Assembly: GCA_009377445.1 (NCBI GenBank)
Contig: WHUA01000001.1
Span: 902,725-966,724, forward strand
Reading direction: 5' to 3'
Length of the DNA: 64,000 nt
Source: Alphaproteobacteria bacterium
GTDB lineage: Bacteria; Pseudomonadota; Alphaproteobacteria; UBA8366
Of the stretch, positions 20,517-29,911 are shown piece by piece. The notes under the pieces were generated by a model, which was not told the DNA's origin, did no database searches, and saw nothing but the letters and a program-made list of their open reading frames with translations. Within the stretch, counting starts at the first letter, position 1; each line of letters begins with the position of its first letter. The translations under genes and the position numbers were made by a program.

Positions 20517-21557
20517 ATGGCCGCTTCGCAGGGAAAGATGTTACCGACCTCACTCGTCGGCTCGTATTCGCAACCGGACTGGCTGATCGACAAGGCGATG
20601 CTGGTGAAGAGCCGCGTGCCGCGGGTGCGTATCCACGAGCTCTGGCGCGTCGCGCCGGAATGGCTGGAAGAGGCGCAGAACGACGCGACGCTGCTGGCGA
20701 TCCGCGACCAGGAGCGGGCGGGCCTCGACATCATCACCGACGGCGAGATGCGGCGCGAGAGCTATTCGAACCGCTTCGCCACCGCGCTCGACGGCGTCGA
20801 CCTCGACAACCCCGGCGTGGTGAAGAGCCGGAGCGGCAAAGAGAGCATCGTGCCCCGCGTCGTCGGCCCGATCCGGCGGCGGCACCCGGTCGAGGTCGGG
20901 GACGTGAAGTTCCTCCGCGCCAACACCGACCGCCGCATCAAGATGACCGTGCCCGGCCCCTTCACGATGACGCAGCAGGCGTTCGACGACTACTACAAGG
21001 ACGAAGCGGCGCTGTCGCTCGACTACGCCGCCGCGGTCAACGCGGAGATCAAGGACTTGTTCGCCGCCGGGGCCGATATCGTCCAGATCGACGAGCCCTA
21101 CATGCAGGCGGCGCCCGACAAGGCGCGCGCCTACGGCCTCGCGGCGCTCAACAAAGCTCTGGAAGGGGTGAAGGGCGAGACCGCCGTGCACATCTGCTTC
21201 GGTTACGCGGCCATGGTGAAGGACAAGCCCGCCGGCTATTCCTTCCTGCCCGAGTTCCACGACTGCCCGGCGCACATGATCTCGATCGAGACGGCGCAGC
21301 CCTCGCTCGACTGCGCCGTGCTGGAGAAGCTGCCGGACAAGAGGATCATGCTCGGCGTGATCGACTTGTCGAAGCACGAGGTGGAAACGCCGGAGCAGGT
21401 CGCCGCCCGCATCCGCCGCGCGCTGCCGCATTGCCCGGCGGAAAGAATCATCGTGGCCCCGGATTGCGGCTTGAAATACCTGCCGCGCGATGTCGCCTAC
21501 GGCAAGATGAAAGCGATGGCCGACGGAGCGGCCATCGTCCGCGCCGAGCTCGCCTGA
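20517..21557 (+). CDS. Cobalamin-independent methionine-synthase-like (MetE C-terminal domain only) Zn-dependent alkyltransferase family protein
   Basis: ATG 20517 in frame with ORF 19194..21557, GGAGG at 20502-20506. 346 aa. Zn-ligand regions AVHICFGY and VAPDCGLKY. Resembles short MetE/YxjG-type proteins. Confidence 0.7.
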   Translation: MAASQGKMLPTSLVGSYSQPDWLIDKAMLVKSRVPRVRIHELWRVAPEWLEEAQNDATLLAIRDQERAGLDIITDGEMRRESYSNRFATALDGVDLDNPGVVKSRSGKESIVPRVVGPIRRRHPVEVGDVKFLRANTDRRIKMTVPGPFTMTQQAFDDYYKDEAALSLDYAAAVNAEIKDLFAAGADIVQIDEPYMQAAPDKARAYGLAALNKALEGVKGETAVHICFGYAAMVKDKPAGYSFLPEFHDCPAHMISIETAQPSLDCAVLEKLPDKRIMLGVIDLSKHEVETPEQVAARIRRALPHCPAERIIVAPDCGLKYLPRDVAYGKMKAMADGAAIVRAELA

Positions 21558-21563
21558 GCGGCA

Positions 21564-22688
21564 TTACCCGGTCTTGCGCAGACCTGCCGGCTTGTCCTTG
21601 AGCCGGTATTCGGTGACGGTGTGGTTGGCGTAAGGCGCGGGCACCGCCTGCAGCAGCCCCACGGCCGCATCCATGAGGATCATCGCCGCCGTCACGCTGA
21701 CCGGGCCGCCGGGCATCGCGCGCGGCGGACGGCACACCGAGTAGGGCATGCCGTAGTCGTCGAGCAGCGCATCGCGCAGATCGTCGAGCGTCAGCGCGCC
21801 GCGCTTCTCCATCAGCAGCTTGCGAATCCGCCGGTCGCGGTAGAGCGAGTCCGGCGAGGTCGCGCGGTAGGTGTCGCGCAGCTTCGCCTGCGCCGCCGGA
21901 TGGACGAAGTGATTCGCGTGCGTGATGAGATCGTCCTCGGAGTAGACGCAGAACAGCTCGTCCGGCGCGCATTCGAAGTTGATCGCTTCCCCTGCCGCAT
22001 CGCTCAGCATCATGTTGCTGGAGCAGGATCGCGGCACGGCCGCCAGCGTGTGGATAGCCAGCGCGAAATGCGAGGCTTCGAGAATTCGGCGGCGGATCAG
22101 CGGCAGGGGCACGCCCTGCTGCTTGTAGTCGCGGTCGCAGGCGAGGAAGTTGCCGGTAACGGCGATGCCGGCGGCGTTCAGGCCGCTGCGGGCGAGGCCG
22201 CCGGCCTCCGTGAAGGTGAGGACATCGGGTCCGTCCTCGCGCCGGATGCGCAGCACGACGCCAGTGTGGACGCATTCCTCGCGCCAGTCCCAGTTCTGCC
22301 CGTGCAGCAGCCGGCCGTCGCGCGACGCCTCCGGCATGACGATGGCGCCGGTGCAGGCGTCGTCCGTTTCAGCCTCCGCCTGCTTGTTCGCGCCGAACAT
22401 CATCTCGGTGCGCGCGTTGACAATGACGACGCCTTCAAGATCGACGCCGGCGCCTTCGGCGATCCCGCGCATCTCGTCGAGATAGGCCGGGGAGAAGCGC
22501 TCGATCAGCGGGATATATTCCGCCGCCAGGGCCTTGGCGCGCGGCCAGGCCACGCCGGACGCCGCAAGCTGCGCCACGTAATAGCCGACGCTGCGTCCGA
22601 CGCGGTCGGCGGCCTGGCTGCCGTACTGGCGGCCGCGCTCGCGCGGCGGACCGCTCATCTCGATGAGTGGGAAGGGAGCGATCGCCAT
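21564..22688 (-). CDS. C45-family Ntn hydrolase/acyltransferase (acyl-CoA:6-aminopenicillanic-acid acyltransferase-like)
   Basis: ORF 21564..22688, 374 aa. Candidate autoprocessing/nucleophile site ETDDA|CTGAIV followed by LHGQNWDW, as in the C45/AAT family. Confidence 0.7.
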   Translation of the reverse strand: MAIAPFPLIEMSGPPRERGRQYGSQAADRVGRSVGYYVAQLAASGVAWPRAKALAAEYIPLIERFSPAYLDEMRGIAEGAGVDLEGVVIVNARTEMMFGANKQAEAETDDACTGAIVMPEASRDGRLLHGQNWDWREECVHTGVVLRIRREDGPDVLTFTEAGGLARSGLNAAGIAVTGNFLACDRDYKQQGVPLPLIRRRILEASHFALAIHTLAAVPRSCSSNMMLSDAAGEAINFECAPDELFCVYSEDDLITHANHFVHPAAQAKLRDTYRATSPDSLYRDRRIRKLLMEKRGALTLDDLRDALLDDYGMPYSVCRPPRAMPGGPVSVTAAMILMDAAVGLLQAVPAPYANHTVTEYRLKDKPAGLRKTG

Positions 22689-22710
22689 GCGTTTTCTCCG
22701 GGTTCTGCGG

Positions 22711-23658
22711 TCAGGCGGCCGCGACAGGCTTCCAGGCCGAGATGACGGGCTCGCCCTTGATGAGCGCGCGATGCATCACGCGCGGCTGGGTGTGGTCGAT
22801 CGTGGTGCGCTGGTGCATGGTGCAGCGGTTATCCCACAGGATCAGGTCGCCGACCGCCCAGTCGTGCGTCCATTTGAGCTTGTCCTGGGTCGCATGCTGC
22901 CACAGCTTCGCCAGCAGCGCCTCGCTCGCCGCGTCGTCCAGCTCCACCACATGGCTCGACGGCCACTCGTATTTGCGCCCGAGATAGAGCGCCTGCTTGC
23001 CCGTTACCGGGTGGATGCGGACGATGGGATGGGCCGGGCCCTTGATGTCTTCCCGGGTCTTCGGCGCCTGCACGGTAGGGCGGAACCGGCCGGCGGTATT
23101 GCGGAGGTTGTCGTGGCGGATGTGCTTGCCTTCGATCTCCTTCTTGAGGTCCGCCGGCAAGGTCTCGTAGGCGAGGTATTGATTGTTGAAGGACGTCAAG
23201 CCGCCGCCCTTGACCGGTACGATGTAGGAGAGCAGCAGGCTGCCCGCCGGCGGCACGTCGACGTAGGAGTTGTCGGTATGCCAGTCCAGCTCGCTGCTGC
23301 CGACCGCTTCGGTGACCTTCACCGGACGGCCTTCCTTGTCCAGGTTTGAAACGATGCTGATGTCGGGATGCTTGGCGACGCGGTCCGTCTCGCCCGGCTT
23401 GTAGCCGGCCTTGATGAAGTAGTCGCGCGACCCGGCCGATTGATGCCCGCCGAAGATGTCGGCGACCGCCAGCAGTTGTTCGTCGGTCAGCTTCTGCTTA
23501 CGGAACAGCAGGACGAGGTTGTCGGCCCAGGCCTTCTTCAGGGCGCTGCGCACGTCCTGCGGCGATTCCAGGGCAAGGTCGATGCCGCGAACTTCCGCGG
23601 CCAGGGCCTTGCCCGAGGGGATGACTTCAAGTGCGTCGACAGCGTTGACCCGAGCCAT
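22711..23658 (-). CDS. TauD/TfdA-family Fe(II)/2-oxoglutarate dioxygenase (paralogue 1)
   Basis: ATG 23658 in frame with ORF 22711..23865. Facial triad WHTDNSY ... WDNRCTMHQR. The N-terminus LEVIPSGKALAAEVRGIDL is typical of the family. Confidence 0.85.
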   Translation of the reverse strand: MARVNAVDALEVIPSGKALAAEVRGIDLALESPQDVRSALKKAWADNLVLLFRKQKLTDEQLLAVADIFGGHQSAGSRDYFIKAGYKPGETDRVAKHPDISIVSNLDKEGRPVKVTEAVGSSELDWHTDNSYVDVPPAGSLLLSYIVPVKGGGLTSFNNQYLAYETLPADLKKEIEGKHIRHDNLRNTAGRFRPTVQAPKTREDIKGPAHPIVRIHPVTGKQALYLGRKYEWPSSHVVELDDAASEALLAKLWQHATQDKLKWTHDWAVGDLILWDNRCTMHQRTTIDHTQPRVMHRALIKGEPVISAWKPVAAA

Positions 23659-23681
23659 TTCGTCAATTCCTTCATTCCAGG

Positions 23682-24236
23682 TTATGCAGCCGGTTTCCGC
23701 TTCAGCGCCGTGAGCGGCTCGAACAACGAGACGCCGCGGAGCTTCGAGATCTCGGACGATCCAGTCTTCGGTACGACTGCAATGCCGCGCTTTGAAATCG
23801 ACGCGTCTAACGCCACCGCGTTCTTGTATTGGCCGACCGTGCTCCAATCGACTCCATCGAGCCACGTGACCGCGATGCCGGGCGGCAAGGCGGCCTCCTC
23901 ATCGGCGATCAGCAGCAATTCGTTCTTCCCGACGCCGGGCGACTCGGCGACGCCGTCGAACAGGCGGCGGCTCCAATCGGTCATCAGCGCCGGGTCCCAG
24001 TCGCCGAACCGTCCGCCGCCGCGCGCTTTGTAGGCCGGGTTGGTAAACACCTCGGCCGAACGGATGCTGTGGACGGCGAGATAGGCCGCCTTCCGCGGGG
24101 TGACCGCCTTGAAGCGCTGGGTCGCGACGAAGCCGGGATTGCTCAGCAGGTCGTCGAGCTTTTCCCCGCTGTACCAATGATTCCAGGCGTCTTCCTGGGC
24201 CGGGTCCGCAAAGTCGCACGCCACCATATAGAGCAT
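23682..24236 (-). CDS. Hypothetical protein; the N-terminal half resembles dimeric alpha/beta-barrel (EthD/DUF4286-like) proteins
   Basis: ORF 23682..24236, 184 aa. Sits 23 nt upstream of the TauD gene in the same operon. MLYMVACDFADPAQEDAWNHWYSGEKLDDLLSNPGFVATQRFKAV...YLAVHSI is a weak family resemblance from memory only. Confidence 0.5.
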   Translation of the reverse strand: MLYMVACDFADPAQEDAWNHWYSGEKLDDLLSNPGFVATQRFKAVTPRKAAYLAVHSIRSAEVFTNPAYKARGGGRFGDWDPALMTDWSRRLFDGVAESPGVGKNELLLIADEEAALPPGIAVTWLDGVDWSTVGQYKNAVALDASISKRGIAVVPKTGSSEISKLRGVSLFEPLTALKRKPAA

Positions 24237-24329
24237 CGCGGCAAACCAATTCGGGGGTGATTTCTCGAAACCTGCCTACTATTCCTACCCCAAAGGCCAT
24301 TCGTTGTCACATCGGCGTGTGGGCGGGGC

Positions 24330-25379
24330 TCAGGCGAAGGCGGGCATGATCTCTTCGGCGAAGGTCTGCATGAGCCCCGGCGTGACATAGGCGCTCGACA
24401 GCAGGATGTAGCCGACGCCGCCGTCGCGCAGACGCTCGATCATCCCGATGATCTCTTCCGGCGTGCCGATCAGGGTGCCCTGCTCCGCGGCCCGGCGCAG
24501 GTCCGGGTCGGACGCCATGCTCGAGACGTAGCTGCGGTCGGCCTTCGTCGCGAGGCGGTTCATGCGGTCGAGCGACTGCATGCGCCGGCCGAGCGCGCGC
24601 TCGCGTTCCTCGGCGTTGCGGACGATGGCGATGCCGCGGGCGACGCCGACCGTCATCGGATCGAACCGTCGTCCGCCCGCCTCGACGGCTTCGCGATAGA
24701 TGCGCAGACGCTCCAAGGTCAGCTCGAAGGTGGCGAACTGATCGAGCAGCAGGGAATAGGCGTCTTCCGCGGCGCTGCGCACGGAATCCGGCCGGCCCGC
24801 GGCGAGCCAGAAGGGTGGATGGGGGCGTTGCACCGGCGGCGGCTCGACGATGATGTCCTCGAAGTGCCAGCGCTTGCTGTGATGCGAGAATCGCTCGTCG
24901 GACGTGAGCGCCTTTCTGATCAGCGCGATCGATTCATCGAAGCGCTCCGTCGCTTCCTCCAGCGGGATGCAGAAGCGCTGGAACTCGTTCGGCCGGTATC
25001 CCTTGCCGACGCCCAGGTCGAGCCGTCCGTTCGACAGCACGTCCACCGTCGCCGCCTGCTCCGCCAGCAGCACGGGATTGTGCCAGGGCACGACGACGAC
25101 GGCGGTGCCGAGCCGTATCCGGCTGGTTCGCGCGGCGAGGTAGGTCAGCAGGTTCAGCGAGGCGGAGATCTGCGCGCTGCCGGTGAAATGGTGCTCGACC
25201 AGGAAGATGCTGTGGAAGCCGAGCCGCTCCGCTTCGACGCCGCCGTCGATGAGCTGCCGGTAGCCGTGGCTGTCGTCCGAATGGGAAAAGCGCAGCCGCT
25301 CTGCGGCCTCGCCCGGACGGGGCGCCGCGCCGTGTCCTCCAACCTTGGCGGTCGCGCCGCCGAACAGGCCGAATTTCAA
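24330..25379 (-). CDS. LLM-class (luciferase-like) flavin-dependent oxidoreductase
   Basis: In frame with ORF 24330..25496. TTG 25379 (LKFGLFGG...) is preceded by GAGGGA. Typical LLM features: FHSIFLVEHHF, RLDLGVGKGY, HPPFW. Confidence 0.8.
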   Translation of the reverse strand: MKFGLFGGATAKVGGHGAAPRPGEAAERLRFSHSDDSHGYRQLIDGGVEAERLGFHSIFLVEHHFTGSAQISASLNLLTYLAARTSRIRLGTAVVVVPWHNPVLLAEQAATVDVLSNGRLDLGVGKGYRPNEFQRFCIPLEEATERFDESIALIRKALTSDERFSHHSKRWHFEDIIVEPPPVQRPHPPFWLAAGRPDSVRSAAEDAYSLLLDQFATFELTLERLRIYREAVEAGGRRFDPMTVGVARGIAIVRNAEERERALGRRMQSLDRMNRLATKADRSYVSSMASDPDLRRAAEQGTLIGTPEEIIGMIERLRDGGVGYILLSSAYVTPGLMQTFAEEIMPAFA

Positions 25380-25534
25380 GCTTCGTTCCCTCGGTTGAAC
25401 TGTGCGTCCGCTATTGCATTCTACGCTAACAGGCGGTTGCGCGGCGGCCAAATTTGCCGGAATGCCGCGGCAGGAGGTACACAGACGCAAGCGCATGTTC
25501 CACCGACCGGCGTTCGCCGAGTAAGGATCAAAAG

Positions 25535-26443
25535 ATGAGGTTCAGCCTGAGTTTGCGGCCGGGGACCGGCGACCCGGTCCCGGCCAAGGATATCGCCCGT
25601 TTTTCGCAGCTCGCCGAAAGCCTGGGCTATTACGCCGTCTACATCACCGACCATTTCTACATAACGACGCCGAACCTGCATTCGGTCGGCGCCGCCGCGG
25701 TGGTCGCGGGCGCGACGGAAAAGATCAAGATCGGCTTTGCGGCCTATCAGGCGCCGCTGCGCCATCCCATCGCCGCGGCGAAGGAGCTCGCCTCCCTCGA
25801 CATCCTGAGCAACGGCCGGTTCATCGCGGGGCTGGCGGCGGGCTCCTTCGAGCCGGAATTCAAGGCCCTCGGCGTGCCTTTCAACCGGCGGGGCGCGATG
25901 CTCGAGGAATCGGTCCGGGCGATCAAGAAGCTGTGGACCGGCGACTGCGTCTCATTCAAGGGCGAGTTCTGGTCTTTCGAGAATGTGACGATTCATCCCA
26001 AGCCGATCCAAAAGCCGCATCCGCCGATCTGGATCGCGACCTGGACGGCGGCGCCGAGGGCGGCGCGCCGGGTCGCGAAGTACGCCGACGGGTGGCAGGC
26101 GTCCGGGTTGCACACCGACGTCGGCACGATCCCGGAGGGCACGCAGCAGATCGAGAAGGCCTGTGCCGAGATCGGCCGCGACCCGCGCGAGATCGGCCGC
26201 GCCTACGTCAACACCGTCATCCAGTTCGGCGCGACGCCGGAAAAGGCGTGGGAGGCGCTGCAGCGCGAGTCATCGGCCAAGCGGGAAAAGCATTTGTGCC
26301 TGCTGGGCGAAACGGGCGAGATCATTCGCCGGATCGAAGCCATGCGCGCGCACGGCATGCAGGAGCTCTCAATCCAGCTCGCGCCATGGTCGCTCGACAC
26401 GATGAAGAAGATCGCCGACGAGGTGATGCCGCATTTCAGGTAG
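25535..26443 (+). CDS. LLM-class flavin/F420-type oxidoreductase
   Basis: ATG 25535 in frame with ORF 25454..26443. 302 aa: GYYAVYITDHF, SLDILSNGRFIAGLAAG, KPHPPIWIA. Confidence 0.8.
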   Translation: MRFSLSLRPGTGDPVPAKDIARFSQLAESLGYYAVYITDHFYITTPNLHSVGAAAVVAGATEKIKIGFAAYQAPLRHPIAAAKELASLDILSNGRFIAGLAAGSFEPEFKALGVPFNRRGAMLEESVRAIKKLWTGDCVSFKGEFWSFENVTIHPKPIQKPHPPIWIATWTAAPRAARRVAKYADGWQASGLHTDVGTIPEGTQQIEKACAEIGRDPREIGRAYVNTVIQFGATPEKAWEALQRESSAKREKHLCLLGETGEIIRRIEAMRAHGMQELSIQLAPWSLDTMKKIADEVMPHFR

Positions 26444-26469
26444 GGTGGATTGCGTCGAGGCACCAATAA

Positions 26470-26585
26470 AACTCCCTCCCCCCTTGCGGGGGAGGGTCGG
26501 GGTGGGGGGTGTGTGACGCAGCCTCGCTCCAGCGTGCTTGCTCTTGACCCCCCACCTAAATCCTCCCCCGCAAGGGGGGAGGACT
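26470..26585. repeat. Nested palindromic intergenic element, family 3; likely bidirectional terminator
   Basis: Hairpin CTCCCTCCCCCC-TTGC-GGGGGAGGG (26472-26497). Long-range arms GGTGGGGGGT (26501-26510) / ACCCCCCACC (26547-26556). Hairpin TCCTCCCCCGCAAGGGGGGAGGA (26561-26583). Lies between convergent genes. Confidence 0.75.
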
Positions 26586-26595
26586 TGCGAGAGGT

Positions 26596-27375
26596 CTACT
26601 CCGCCTTAGGGATGTCGTGGCGGTCCACGTAGGCGGCGCGATTGAGCTTGCTCGGGTCCGAGCCGGGACGGTCGGATGGCCGGCAGAACTGCATGACCAG
26701 CACGTCGGCGCCGGCCGTGCCGGCCCGGAAGCGCGGCGCAGGCTCGCCCGCCTCGACGCGGATCAGGGAATCGGCGCCCATCTCCCTGCCGTCCTGGAGC
26801 AGCGTTCCGCCGCAGACGAGTATGTACTGTCCGCCGCCGTTGGATGCCGGCCCTTCGGCCTCGGCGCCGGCGCCCAGACGAAGGCCGATGGCGTCCACCC
26901 CGTCGTCCTGCGGCCCCATCAGCGGCTCGCGCGCGACCTCGCCCGGCTTCATCGGGCGCGCGCCGACCTCGAACACGCCGGCGATGTTGCGCCCGGCGCG
27001 GCAGGCCATCAGGTGCTTCGAGCCCGGCATCACGAAATGCCCGCCGCTCGCCACATTGCGCAGCGTGAAGAACGAGATGCCGTCGTCGCGCGCGACGATC
27101 GGGCCATAAGGCGTAAACGCGTCCGCATATTGGAAGGTGACCGGCTTGACTTCCTTCTTGCCGATATTGCCGTCGCCCTTGACCACGACCTGGAACTGGT
27201 CGACGTCGTGGAAATGCGGGTTGATGCGCGCCCCGGCATAGGGCCGTTCGACGAGAAAGGCCTGCGGGCTGTTGTCGACCGTTCCGGGCGAACCGATATA
27301 GTCGCGGCGCCTGCCGATACCGTCCTTGCGGACGATTTCCTTGACGCGCGCCTCGGTATTGGCAACTGCCCTCAT
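26596..27375 (-). CDS. Cupin-domain (bicupin-like) protein
   Basis: ORF 26596..27390. ATG 27375 is preferred because GGAGGA lies 6 nt upstream. Cupin metal motif region INPHFHDVDQFQVVVKGDG. Downstream of the NtaA-like gene on the same strand. Confidence 0.7.
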   Translation of the reverse strand: MRAVANTEARVKEIVRKDGIGRRRDYIGSPGTVDNSPQAFLVERPYAGARINPHFHDVDQFQVVVKGDGNIGKKEVKPVTFQYADAFTPYGPIVARDDGISFFTLRNVASGGHFVMPGSKHLMACRAGRNIAGVFEVGARPMKPGEVAREPLMGPQDDGVDAIGLRLGAGAEAEGPASNGGGQYILVCGGTLLQDGREMGADSLIRVEAGEPAPRFRAGTAGADVLVMQFCRPSDRPGSDPSKLNRAAYVDRHDIPKAE

Positions 27376-27454
27376 CGTCGTATCCTCCATCGGGGGCTGG
27401 AATGGGCCGGGTTGCAGGTGGCCCGGGCCGATTCTAGCGCAGAACCCGTCCGCG

Positions 27455-28807
27455 TCAAAGCGGTCGTGAGGGCTTTGGCTTCGCCAGGCCCAGGTTCTTT
27501 CGGAGGGTGGTTCCCGCGTAATCCTTGTGAAAAAGCCCGCGCCGCTGCAATTCCGGCACGACGAGGCGGACGAAGCTCTCGTAGGCGCCCGGCATGTGGG
27601 TCGCCGCCAGCACGAAGCCGTCGCAGGCCCGGCCGGCGAACCACTCCTCCATCCGGTCGGCGACCTGGCTCGGCGTGCCGACGAAATGCGGCAGCTCCTT
27701 GACCGTGCCGCGGGCGCTGAACTTCACGAAGTCGTCCAGCGTCGGGTTCTTCTTGCCGCTGAGCCGCACGACGCGGTCGCGGATCGCCTGCAGGCCGCTG
27801 ATCGAGGCCAGTTCCGCATCCGTAAACGCCTCGTCCGGCTTCTTGCGGGCGAAGTCGTAGTTGAGCGCCTCGGAGAGAAGGGCCAGCGTGTCGATCGGCC
27901 GCGCCAGCCCCTCGATGAGGGCCGCCTGGTCTTCGGCCATCGTCTGGGTCTCGGCCACCGTCGCGTAGATGGCTGGCGCGATGGCGAAGCCGTCGGGGTC
28001 GCGCCCGCGCGCTGCCGCCAGCGCCTTCGTCTCCCTGTAGACGCGCTGGCCGAACTCCAGGCTCGGGAAGATCGCGAAGACGATCTCGCCCCAGCGGACG
28101 GCGAATTCGCGGCCGCGCCCGCTTTGGCCGGCCTGGATGACGATGGGGCGGCCCTGCGGCGAGGGCGGCACCGTGAATGGGCCGCGCGAGCGGAACCAGC
28201 GCCCCTCGTGGCCGAGGGGGTGCACCTTCTCCGGATCGGCGAAAACGCCGCGCTCCTTGTCGAGCAGGATCGCGTCCGCCTCCCAGGTGTCCCAATGGCC
28301 GAGCACCACCTCCATGAACTCGTCCGCCCGGTCGTAGCGGCTGTCGTGGTCGGGCAGCCTGTCCGCGCCGAAGTTGGCGGCTTCGGAATCGTTCAGCGAC
28401 GTCACCACGTTCCAGCCGGCGCGGCCGCCGGTCATCAGGTCGAGGGTGGCGAACACGCGGGCGACATGGAAGGGCTCGTAATAGGTGGTCGAATAGGTGG
28501 CGCCGAGGCCGAGGCAGCGCGTCACCGCCCCCATGGCGGCGAGGATCGGGATCGGGTCCATCTTGACGACGCGCACGCCGTTGCGCACCGATTCCCTGTA
28601 GTCGTCGCCATAGCGGTCGGGCATGGCGAGCCGGTCGTCGAAGAAGGCGAGGTGGAACTTGCCTTCCTCCAGCGTTCGGCCGATGCGCTGGTAGTACTCG
28701 ACGGACAGGAAATCGGGCGCGGAATCGGGATGCCGCCAGGACGCGGGATAGTTCGAGCAATTCTGCGCCTGCAGGAATCCGACCATGACCATCTGGCGGT
28801 CCGTCAT
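27455..28807 (-). CDS. NtaA/DmoA/SnaA/DszA-family FMNH2-dependent monooxygenase (LLM superfamily)
   Basis: ATG 28807 in frame with ORF 27455..28945. 450 aa: MVMVGFLQAQNCSNYPASWRHP..., GRAGWNVVTSLNDSEAANFG, IVIQAGQSGRGREFA. These are family hallmarks as I recall them. Confidence 0.8.
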   Translation of the reverse strand: MTDRQMVMVGFLQAQNCSNYPASWRHPDSAPDFLSVEYYQRIGRTLEEGKFHLAFFDDRLAMPDRYGDDYRESVRNGVRVVKMDPIPILAAMGAVTRCLGLGATYSTTYYEPFHVARVFATLDLMTGGRAGWNVVTSLNDSEAANFGADRLPDHDSRYDRADEFMEVVLGHWDTWEADAILLDKERGVFADPEKVHPLGHEGRWFRSRGPFTVPPSPQGRPIVIQAGQSGRGREFAVRWGEIVFAIFPSLEFGQRVYRETKALAAARGRDPDGFAIAPAIYATVAETQTMAEDQAALIEGLARPIDTLALLSEALNYDFARKKPDEAFTDAELASISGLQAIRDRVVRLSGKKNPTLDDFVKFSARGTVKELPHFVGTPSQVADRMEEWFAGRACDGFVLAATHMPGAYESFVRLVVPELQRRGLFHKDYAGTTLRKNLGLAKPKPSRPL

Positions 28808-28965
28808 AGAAACGTCCTCACATTCGATCTCGCACGCCGATACTGCGTCAAAGACGTGCGCTGTCCAAGCTCCCGTGTCAGTGAGTTCCATGCGCACCAA
28901 GCCGAACACCGCCGGATTTTTCTTGGAGCCGGATCGGTGCGACACTGGCGCGAGCGAAAATACGG

Positions 28966-29835
28966 ATGACGAACATGGACGCGTCTATGCAGGTGGTGCC
29001 GAGTGGATCGGCGATCGGGGCGGATATTCTGGGTGCGGACTTGTCGCGCGGCCTCGACGCGGCCACCTTTCGGGCGATCGAAGCGGCCTTCAACGAGCGC
29101 TCTGTGGTCTGCCTGCGCGACCAGCATCTGACGGAGGAGCAATTTATCGCCTTCGCCAAGCGGTTCGGCGAGGTCGAGATCATATTCCTGACCCACTACG
29201 CGCATCCGCGGTATCCGGAAATCATGCTGGTCTCGAACATCCAGGAGAACGGGCGCAACATCGGTCATGTGGACGCGGGCCGTGTCTGGCACACCGACAT
29301 GTCCTACACGGCGACGCCGCCGCGCGCGACGCTGCTCTACGCGATCGACGTGCCGGAGGAGGCCGGCCGCGTGCTCGGCGATACGCTGTTCGCCAGCGCG
29401 GTCGCCGCCTACGACGGCCTGCCCGAGGCGATGAAGCGGCGGCTGGAGGGCCTCCGGGCGGTTCACCGCGTGTCCGGCCGGCGCAAGAAGACCGGCACCG
29501 GCAAGGAGGACAACCCGTTGCGCGACCGGCAGCCCGACGTGCTCCATCCGGTGATCCGGACCCATCCGGTGACGGGGCGCAAGGCGATCTACGTCAGCGA
29601 AGGCGAATGCACCGGCATCGTCGGCATGGAGGACGCGGAGGCGCTGCCGCTGCTGGCGGACCTCGCGCAGCGGATCATCCGGAAGGACTACCAGTACCGG
29701 CACCGCTGGCGGAAAGGCGACGTGCTGATCTGGGACAACCCGGCGGTGCAGCACATCGCTTTGCGCGACTACGAATGGCCGCGGCACCGGCGGCTGATGC
29801 ACCGCATCACGGTCGGCGGCTCGGCGACCTATTAG
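28966..29835 (+). CDS. TauD/TfdA-family Fe(II)/2-oxoglutarate dioxygenase (paralogue 2)
   Basis: ORF 28966..29835. WHTDMSY ... IWDNPAVQHIA. The start may be ATG 28987 (MQVVPSGSAIGADILGADL). Confidence 0.85.
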   Translation: MTNMDASMQVVPSGSAIGADILGADLSRGLDAATFRAIEAAFNERSVVCLRDQHLTEEQFIAFAKRFGEVEIIFLTHYAHPRYPEIMLVSNIQENGRNIGHVDAGRVWHTDMSYTATPPRATLLYAIDVPEEAGRVLGDTLFASAVAAYDGLPEAMKRRLEGLRAVHRVSGRRKKTGTGKEDNPLRDRQPDVLHPVIRTHPVTGRKAIYVSEGECTGIVGMEDAEALPLLADLAQRIIRKDYQYRHRWRKGDVLIWDNPAVQHIALRDYEWPRHRRLMHRITVGGSATY

Positions 29836-29911
29836 CGCGACTGCTTGCCCCATCCGGCGCGGACCTTCATAAAACGACCCCTCTGCCAAGCAAGGACTGG
29901 ATGTTTTCGTC

